This document shows positions 57,152-64,000 of a stretch of DNA of 64,000 nucleotides, one piece after another. The position numbers and the translations under genes were made by a program. Numbering within the stretch: position 1 is the first letter of the stretch; the number at the start of each line of letters is the position of its first letter. The stretch spans positions 124,001-188,000 of IMG/VR virus record IMGVR_UViG_3300032240_001991. The stretch is one strand, 5' to 3'. The notes beneath the pieces were generated by a model. That model did not search any database, was not told the DNA's origin, and worked only from the letters and a program-made list of their open reading frames with translations.

Positions 57152-57810
57152 TGAAAACTTTAATTTTTTTTATTTTTTTATTTTTTTGCTCTTATAGCTG
57201 GGCAGACGTTAATTCTATTAATGTTAACCAAACCGCTGGAAATAATAACTTAGTTACTATTAAGCAAAGTACAAAAAATAGTGCCAGTTCAAATTCAATA
57301 GACATAACACTACAAGGAGATTCAAATAATCTCAATATTTCTCAAAGTGATATGAACGTTAACGATAACGGAGGTCATGTTGCTGTACTTGATGTGCAAG
57401 GTAATTCTAATAACATAACTGTACAACAAAACAATCGTGGCGGATCAAATAGTGGTCATTCTACTGATAACACAGTAACAGGCAACGGTAATCAAGTGTC
57501 AATTACACAATCAGGAAATTTAGAAAAAAGTTTAGTTGAAAATATTCTTGGTGACAATAATATTACATCGGTTGAACAACATGGCGCAGGAATACATTAT
57601 GCTGATATCACATTAACTGGGAACGGCCACTCTGTAACTGTGTCTCAAAGAGACGAAGGAACACATAACGCTACCATCAACTTAACTAATGTAGGAGGAT
57701 CTAGTACAGCAACCTTAGTACAGACTGGAAATACTCCTCAAACTATAAGTATAGAACAACAATGTGCAAATTTATCAGGTTGTTCAGTAAACGTAACTCA
57801 GAGTCATTAA
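57151..57810 (+). CDS. curlin-repeat protein (CsgA/B-like)
   Basis: signal peptide, G..N...I.Q repeats. Confidence 0.75.
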   Translation: MKTLIFFIFLFFCSYSWADVNSINVNQTAGNNNLVTIKQSTKNSASSNSIDITLQGDSNNLNISQSDMNVNDNGGHVAVLDVQGNSNNITVQQNNRGGSNSGHSTDNTVTGNGNQVSITQSGNLEKSLVENILGDNNITSVEQHGAGIHYADITLTGNGHSVTVSQRDEGTHNATINLTNVGGSSTATLVQTGNTPQTISIEQQCANLSGCSVNVTQSH

Positions 57811-57811
57811 C

Positions 57812-59854
57812 ATGAAGAAAATATTACTTAATCCGTGGTGGTCACTTTTAACATTAGTAGCCATTGTGCTGGTTAGAATTTGGGATCCTAGTTTTGTTGA
57901 AAGCGTAAGATTAAGATATTTTGATCAATTAGTTACAAGTCGTCCTACTACAGAAATTCCGGTCAATGTTGTAAATGTAGACGAAGCTGCATTAGACAAA
58001 TATGGTCAATGGCCGTTTAGTAGAGATGTGTATGCTGATATAATTAAGGAGCTTTACGCTAGGAACGCAGGTCTAGTAGTTTTTAACGTACTGATGCCCG
58101 AGGCCGATCGTTTTAAGCAAGATGCCGTCCTCAGCAAAACCATGCAGGAATATCCTGTGGTACTACCCACACTAGGCAACAATAAGCAGAAAAATACTAG
58201 CGTAATAGCTCCAGCTACTGTAATAGGCGCTGATCCAAAAGGATTAGTTGCAGAATATCCTGGATTGATCGCTAATGTTCCTGAACTAGAACAGGCTGCT
58301 GTGGGTGTAGGAGTGGTTAATACTTTTCCTGAAATTGACGGCGTTGTTCGTCGTACTCCGTTAGTAATTTATAGTCAAGAGCATTTGAGACCAAGCCTTG
58401 CCCTAGAGGTGTTGCGTGTAGCAGCAGGGGATGCGGCTTTTCAAATCAAGCTAGACGAGAACGGCGTTAATGCTTTACGTATTCCTCAATTTGGTAAAAT
58501 AACCACAGACAATATAAGTAGAGTCTGGATTGATTGGAGTCAACGCCCAAAGAGTTATAGTCTCGCTAATCTTCCTAAAGATTTTAATAAACAGATTGTT
58601 ATAGTGGGTGCCAGTGCGGCAGGTATTGCTAATCCTGTAGCGACTAGTCGAGGTGAAATTTGGCCTCAAGATTTACAAGCATCAGTTATTGGAACTATGC
58701 TAGCCGGTTCTACCATTCAACGACCTGCATACGCTGACGCTTTAGAATTAGGCGTTCTAATTACGGCTGGCATTATATTAATTGTATTAGCAAGGTGGTT
58801 ATATGTAGGTATTGTGGCTACAGTAATTTTTGCTGTTGGCGGTGTATTAGGTAGTATGTATGTTTATCAACACTATCTATTTTTATTTGATGCTACTACT
58901 TTTACCGCAGGCATAATCTTAATTGCATTACACGCTTACATGGTAAAATTTCTAGATGAGTTTTTTCAGAAGCAAATGATTAGAAAACAATTCCAAAGTT
59001 ATCTAAGTCCAGACCTAGTCGCTAAACTAATTAAAGATCCAAGCCTACTAAGATTAGGTGGTGAAGAAAAAGAATTGAGTATTATGTTTACTGATGTTCG
59101 TGGGTTTACTGCAATTAGCGAACACTACGGTAAGAATGTACAAGGGCTAACGTCTATTATGAATCGCTATATGACTGCAATGACTAAAAGAATACTAGAG
59201 AATGACGGAACTCTAGACAAATATATTGGCGATGCTCAAATGGCATTTTGGAACGCTCCGCTTGATGAATCTAAGCACTGCAAAGATGCTGTTAAAAGTG
59301 CCTTAGATATGTTAGGAGACCTAGAGAAATTTAACAAGGAAGTTGAACTAGAAGGTGTTCCTCCTTTTGGTATGGGTATTGGAATTAATACCGGTGTAGT
59401 TGTAGTAGGTAATATGGGGTCTGAACAAAGGTTTGATTATACCTGCTTAGGTGACGCAGTAAATCTTGCTAGTAGACTTGAAGGACAAAGCAAAAACTAC
59501 GGTGTCCTAATTGTATTAGGCCCGGTTACTGCTGATCGTGTTAAAGACGAATACCAAGTTATAGAACTTGATTGCATTGCAGTCAAAGGAAAAACACAGG
59601 GTGTAAACATATTTACTGTGTTAGGTCCAATAGGTTGCGTAAGTCAAGAAGATGTAGACTTGCATAATCAAATGCTGTCTTATTATAGGGCAACAGATTT
59701 TAATACTGCAATAATATTATGTAATTCGTTAAAAGGAAAACTTAACGGATTAATGGATCAGTATTACGACATGTGGATGCAACGTTGCGAAGATATGAAG
59801 TGGACTACCTTATCAGAAGACTGGGACGGAGTATATCGAGCTACTTCAAAATAA
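57812..59854 (+). CDS. CHASE2-domain class III adenylate/guanylate cyclase
   Basis: GQWPFSR CHASE2, TM helices, FTDVRGFT, DKYIGDA, GDAVNLASRLE. Confidence 0.93.
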   Translation: MKKILLNPWWSLLTLVAIVLVRIWDPSFVESVRLRYFDQLVTSRPTTEIPVNVVNVDEAALDKYGQWPFSRDVYADIIKELYARNAGLVVFNVLMPEADRFKQDAVLSKTMQEYPVVLPTLGNNKQKNTSVIAPATVIGADPKGLVAEYPGLIANVPELEQAAVGVGVVNTFPEIDGVVRRTPLVIYSQEHLRPSLALEVLRVAAGDAAFQIKLDENGVNALRIPQFGKITTDNISRVWIDWSQRPKSYSLANLPKDFNKQIVIVGASAAGIANPVATSRGEIWPQDLQASVIGTMLAGSTIQRPAYADALELGVLITAGIILIVLARWLYVGIVATVIFAVGGVLGSMYVYQHYLFLFDATTFTAGIILIALHAYMVKFLDEFFQKQMIRKQFQSYLSPDLVAKLIKDPSLLRLGGEEKELSIMFTDVRGFTAISEHYGKNVQGLTSIMNRYMTAMTKRILENDGTLDKYIGDAQMAFWNAPLDESKHCKDAVKSALDMLGDLEKFNKEVELEGVPPFGMGIGINTGVVVVGNMGSEQRFDYTCLGDAVNLASRLEGQSKNYGVLIVLGPVTADRVKDEYQVIELDCIAVKGKTQGVNIFTVLGPIGCVSQEDVDLHNQMLSYYRATDFNTAIILCNSLKGKLNGLMDQYYDMWMQRCEDMKWTTLSEDWDGVYRATSK

Positions 59855-59855
59855 A

Positions 59856-60152
59856 TTACTTATTATCTTCTCGGTTAATGCGCATTTCAGCTTGAATACG
59901 TTCTTTCTCAATGCGTTCGCCTCGCAATTGCAAAGCTGTTTCTACTTTTTGATTAAGTCTTATCATATCGTTATCTAGCATACGAATACGATCAATAAGA
60001 GCAATAAGTGTTCCCATAGCTTGATCAACAACAGGAGCAATTTCGCTAGTAGCCCAGGTCCAGACATAATAAACAAAGTATCCCATACCGCCTGCTGCAA
60101 TAATAGGAAATCCGTATTGATTAATTGCTTTTACTAAAGATGTTCCGTCCAT
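59856..60152 (-). CDS. small membrane/coiled-coil protein
   Basis: YGFPIIAA TM; LIDRIRMLDND. Confidence 0.7.
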   Translation of the reverse strand: MDGTSLVKAINQYGFPIIAAGGMGYFVYYVWTWATSEIAPVVDQAMGTLIALIDRIRMLDNDMIRLNQKVETALQLRGERIEKERIQAEMRINREDNK

Positions 60153-60157
60153 TTTAA

Positions 60158-60436
60158 TTAATCCTTACGTTGGTCTGCTTGATCTGCTCGAGCAATACGA
60201 TTAAAATCTGGCTGTAACCCTAATGCATGACTAACCTTTACATCAATACGATGTAGATCATTATTCATTGTATCTACTCGAGTATCTAACCCTTTAATAA
60301 TATTACCCATGCTGCTAACACTAGACGTTACTCCGGCTAGAATAAATTTAAGAGTAAGGAATACAAAATAGCCTGCTGCTAGAGCCGCAGCAATTGGAAA
60401 CCCAACATCAGTTACTATACTTAAAAATTCATCCAT
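60158..60436 (-). CDS. small membrane/coiled-coil protein, paralogue of 59856
   Basis: VGFPIAAA TM; LDTRVDTMNND. Confidence 0.7.
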   Translation of the reverse strand: MDEFLSIVTDVGFPIAAALAAGYFVFLTLKFILAGVTSSVSSMGNIIKGLDTRVDTMNNDLHRIDVKVSHALGLQPDFNRIARADQADQRKD

Positions 60437-60565
60437 TTTTTATTTCCTCTAAATATTTACCAAGGTTTGAAAGGTTTAAAAATTGGTATAAAATAGATTG
60501 CAATTTAAATTGAAATAAATTAAACTTGGTATATATTCATAAATATTTACAAATAGGAAACATTT

Positions 60566-61153
60566 ATGAGCATGTTAGACATTTTCAAAAAAGATAAAGT
60601 TGCAGAACAGGTTAAAAAAGTAGAAACCGTAATTGAAAAAGACGTCAAGAAAGCAGAAAACTTTGTTCAGACGGAAGTTAAGAAAGTAGAAAACTTTGTT
60701 CAAGCTGAAGTTAAAAAAGCAGAAACTGAAGTTAAGAAGGTAGAAATGGTAGTTAAAGAAGCTGTGTTAGACTTTGAAAAATTGCTTAGTGAAGCAGAAG
60801 TAATTGCTGAGAAAGCGATGAAAGACGTTCACATGGCTAGAGCACTTTACGAAAAAGCATTAACCCGTGCATCAACTGCTGCACAAAAAGTAAAGGAAGT
60901 GGCAGAAGCACATGCCAAGTATGCACAAGAACAGGCAGACAAAGCACTACTTCGAGTTGAACGTGCTAGTAAAATGGCACTAACTGTTAGTGGTGGCATT
61001 CCTGAAATTCCAAAGTTAAATTCTGAGGATATTGTATATTCACCTACTCCTGCGGTTGAGTCCTCTGCTCCGCAGCCGGCAACTGTACCAGTTAGTACAC
61101 AAACACCAATGGTACTAAAACTCGATAATTCTACACTTACTATTAAAGCATAG
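60566..61153 (+). CDS. amphipathic helical repeat protein
   Basis: VKK(A/V)ENFVQ(T/A)E 11-aa repeats, Ala-rich helix. Confidence 0.7.
   Translation: MSMLDIFKKDKVAEQVKKVETVIEKDVKKAENFVQTEVKKVENFVQAEVKKAETEVKKVEMVVKEAVLDFEKLLSEAEVIAEKAMKDVHMARALYEKALTRASTAAQKVKEVAEAHAKYAQEQADKALLRVERASKMALTVSGGIPEIPKLNSEDIVYSPTPAVESSAPQPATVPVSTQTPMVLKLDNSTLTIKA
60644..60745 (+). repeat. 33-nt coding tandem repeat
   Basis: gt.aagaaag.agaaaactttgttca twice plus partial copies. Confidence 0.65.
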
Positions 61154-61177
61154 CATTATCAATTACTAAATATCGAT

Positions 61178-61699
61178 ATGAAGAGATTACTAGTTTCTGT
61201 TGTATTGTCCTTAATTCTAGTTAGTTGTGGAAAACCTCCTCCGCCACCTGCTGCTACTGTAGATTTAACCGTTCCCTATTCTAGTGCAGACGACGCAGCC
61301 GTTGCTATGCTGCAAATTGCTATGAGTGAAACTAAATCTAGTGATTACGAATACGGCGGATTTGTTGTCGTTAACGGTGACAAGTATTATGCATCTCTTC
61401 CGGTAACAGATAAAGATACAGATAGAGTTGATTACATTGCAAAAGTTCCGGCAGACTATAAAATTGTAGCAATTTATCATACTCACCCTAAGGGATTTAA
61501 ATCTGAACAGTATTCAGGTGTTGATGTACAGACTTCTAAAAATTTACAAGTTAACAGCTATCTTGGTGTAATAGCTGACAGATCTATTAGAATCTTTATT
61601 CCCGGATTTACATCAACCTTTGCTGACGACCCTGCCGCTAATGGGGGCGTTGGACTTGGTTCTTACGGAACGATCATAGCCTCATATATTAAGAAATGA
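61178..61699 (+). CDS. lipoprotein with a JAB/DUF4329-like domain
   Basis: lipobox LVSC; EYGG, YHTHP, S..D. Confidence 0.7.
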   Translation: MKRLLVSVVLSLILVSCGKPPPPPAATVDLTVPYSSADDAAVAMLQIAMSETKSSDYEYGGFVVVNGDKYYASLPVTDKDTDRVDYIAKVPADYKIVAIYHTHPKGFKSEQYSGVDVQTSKNLQVNSYLGVIADRSIRIFIPGFTSTFADDPAANGGVGLGSYGTIIASYIKK

Positions 61700-62172
61700 C
61701 CAGGACTGAAAAGAAGGTGGCGGCCTTCGCTGGAGTTTTAACAGTAGTTGGTTATTTCTTACCGCTTCACCTTTATCTTACTCCTAAAAAAGATTTAGGT
61801 TACGCTCTAGGATGGGCCGGAGCTATTATGATGACTTTACTATTTTTATATAGCATTAAGAAACGTGCAACTTGGGGATGGTTAGAGCGTACACCAATAC
61901 TAAGAAAATGGTTTGATATACATATGCTTTTTGGTATTTTTGGACCAATTAGCATTCTATATCATTGTGGTTACCAATTAGGAGCAACCAACAGCAATAT
62001 GGCCCTTTGGTCTATGATTATAGTTGCAATAAGCGGATTTATAGGCAGATTCCTTTATCATCGAACAGGCTGGGAAATTCTATTTAAGTGGTGGCACATA
62101 GTGCATTTACCTTTTGTAGGGATGCTAGTTTTAACAGCAATCATACATATTTTCTCAACATTCTATTATTAA
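61696..62172 (+). CDS. inner-membrane protein with His-bearing TM helices (porin-cytochrome cluster type)
   Basis: GYALGWAG..MM.LLFLYS.KKR, WFDIHMLFGIFGP..ILYH, WWHIVHLP. Confidence 0.7.
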   Translation: MTRTEKKVAAFAGVLTVVGYFLPLHLYLTPKKDLGYALGWAGAIMMTLLFLYSIKKRATWGWLERTPILRKWFDIHMLFGIFGPISILYHCGYQLGATNSNMALWSMIIVAISGFIGRFLYHRTGWEILFKWWHIVHLPFVGMLVLTAIIHIFSTFYY

Positions 62173-62225
62173 TGTACATATATTATCCTATAAATAGATA
62201 AAAATCTGTCTATAGAGGGAATATT

Positions 62226-64000
62226 GTGACGCCACAGGCTGTAATAGATTCTACAAATTTTAATGATCTATTTGATGATTTAAATTTTACATCTACTCTG
62301 AACAGCCTATTGGATAGTGATCTTGGTGTTCAAGATACGCTTAATAAATTAAAAACTCAAAAAGTATTACCTAAAGAAAATCTTAATTCTTTATTAGAAG
62401 AAAATAAAGTTATAACAGATAAAACAGTATTTGTTACAAAAAAACCGCAAAAGAAAAGTAAGACTTTATCTAGGTCAATTGCAGTTATATTAGGGTTAAC
62501 ATCTTACGCCGGATATTTTAATTTTAATAATACAGAGCTAGTATCTATACCTGTACCTACTCCAGCAGAACAAAAAAAAACTAATCAAATACCTTTTAAG
62601 TTTACTAAACCAATTGTAGAAAATACTCGTACAACAACTCATATTGGTCCTAAAGATATTACTTCTATAGAAACAACAGATAATACTCCAGAACTAGTTC
62701 AGCCTACGGTCCAAGAAACTCAAGAAGATCAACAACCAAAAATTTTTTTAGATACTCGAGATCCTCAAATATTAATAGACGAAGCTAGAGCATTATTAAT
62801 TAGTGGACCTGAAAATTACGAACAAGCAATAACCAATTTACGAAGTGTTATTTTAAGTCAACCGTTAAAAAGTGATTACGCAAAAACTGCACACGAAATG
62901 TTAGGATACGCCTACGAAAAATCAAAAAAGTGGGATAAAGCAATGGGAGAGTATTCTAAGTATCTTGCACTTTATCCAGAAGATAACGAAGATAGAACTA
63001 GAGTCAAACAAAGACTAATGGCGCTAGAAATTTTTAAAACTCCTGAAGGGTTTGATATTAATAAAAGCGCAATAAAACAAAAACCAAGAGAAGGCGATAA
63101 ACAGGAACTAAGTGGTTCAATTTCAGAGTATCTTTACTCAGATTCAAACTCAGATGAATTGAAATTCCTGCAATGGAACAATAAACAGATTAATTCGATT
63201 ACTGGAATTAATCTATTATATCAATGGCAACATAATCAATATTCTCTTACATCTAAAATAAGATTAACAGAAGTAAGAGATTTAACCGGTAAGAAAGGAA
63301 ATAGGAATAATTTAGGATTAGCTTATGTTGATTTTGACGATTCTTGGAAAGAGTATAATATAAGAGCAGGAAGACAATCTCCCGAAGCAGGTGCAATAAG
63401 TAAATTTGATGGTCTTTCTACAACAATTTCTTTAAACGATAAAATTAAAATTAAAGCTGCTGCTGGATCCCCTTACGTTGGCCCAGGAAACAACACAAAT
63501 AGAAAATTTATAGGAACAGAAATATCATACGAACGAGGACCATCTTTAACTCTAGGTGGATATTTAAATAGAGGAACTGCAGATGGATTTTTAGAACGAA
63601 TGGCAATTGGCACCGAAGTATGGTATCATAAAGGAGCAAATACAGGAATTCTAAGAACTGAATACGATACCTTATACCACTCATGGAATTCTATAACTTT
63701 TCAAGGAAGTACAGGAGTTAAAGGATATCGTTTATTTGGTGTTTATGAAAAAAGAAGAAGCCCAATGCCATTTGGAGACGTTGGATTAGGAATAGGATTA
63801 TTAAGTCCTGATAAACAGGTATATAATTCAGTAGGAAGTTTGGTCAGTGAATCAGGATTAAGTTCTTCAGAGATCTATCATTACATTTCTGATACAACCC
63901 CAACTGCTTCAGCTTTGGTATTAGGTATTAGTAAGCCTTTAAATGAAGATTGGACCGCTACTTTTAATTGGCAGAAAACAAATTTATCAACTACACCAGG
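62226..64000 (+). CDS. large TPR plus beta-barrel porin-like protein (partial, not in the ORF track)
   Basis: open from GTG 62226; AHEMLGYAYEK...EYSKYLALYPE...RVKQRL TPR; SGSISEYLY, AGRQS...KFDG, EYDTLY. Confidence 0.65.
   Translation, partial: MTPQAVIDSTNFNDLFDDLNFTSTLNSLLDSDLGVQDTLNKLKTQKVLPKENLNSLLEENKVITDKTVFVTKKPQKKSKTLSRSIAVILGLTSYAGYFNFNNTELVSIPVPTPAEQKKTNQIPFKFTKPIVENTRTTTHIGPKDITSIETTDNTPELVQPTVQETQEDQQPKIFLDTRDPQILIDEARALLISGPENYEQAITNLRSVILSQPLKSDYAKTAHEMLGYAYEKSKKWDKAMGEYSKYLALYPEDNEDRTRVKQRLMALEIFKTPEGFDINKSAIKQKPREGDKQELSGSISEYLYSDSNSDELKFLQWNNKQINSITGINLLYQWQHNQYSLTSKIRLTEVRDLTGKKGNRNNLGLAYVDFDDSWKEYNIRAGRQSPEAGAISKFDGLSTTISLNDKIKIKAAAGSPYVGPGNNTNRKFIGTEISYERGPSLTLGGYLNRGTADGFLERMAIGTEVWYHKGANTGILRTEYDTLYHSWNSITFQGSTGVKGYRLFGVYEKRRSPMPFGDVGLGIGLLSPDKQVYNSVGSLVSESGLSSSEIYHYISDTTPTASALVLGISKPLNEDWTATFNWQKTNLSTTP

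Overview
This AT-rich window is almost certainly from a large (jumbo, T4-like) bacteriophage. It has densely packed short ORFs, sigma70-type early promoters, many TAAATA late-promoter boxes, an eight-tRNA cluster and isolated host-like auxiliary genes. In order it holds: (1) a YafQ/RelE-like toxin with a partner ORF; (2) a two-gene NAD salvage operon (NadM-Nudix, NadV), each gene led by the same twin GUAGA-loop hairpin element; (3) a PlcP/LpxH-like phosphoesterase plus GT4 pair; (4) ClpX, bS21 and nucleases; (5) a TROVE/DUF2828-vWA gene behind two related structured RNAs; (6) Hsp20, ClpS, heme oxygenase and a bilin reductase; (7) a ~30 kb glycan and nucleotide-sugar island with DdhC, a TPP enzyme, DmpF/DmpG and a RuBisCO-like protein; (8) a tRNA region preceded by what looks like a leader-peptide attenuator whose 43-aa peptide contains 19 of the 20 amino acids; (9) a curli-like csgF/csgG/curlin/FecR/CHASE2-cyclase operon; and (10) the start of a porin-cytochrome (PCC3-like) module. 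Protein calls come from motif recognition by eye and RNA structures from manual pairing. No database searches or folding programs were run.
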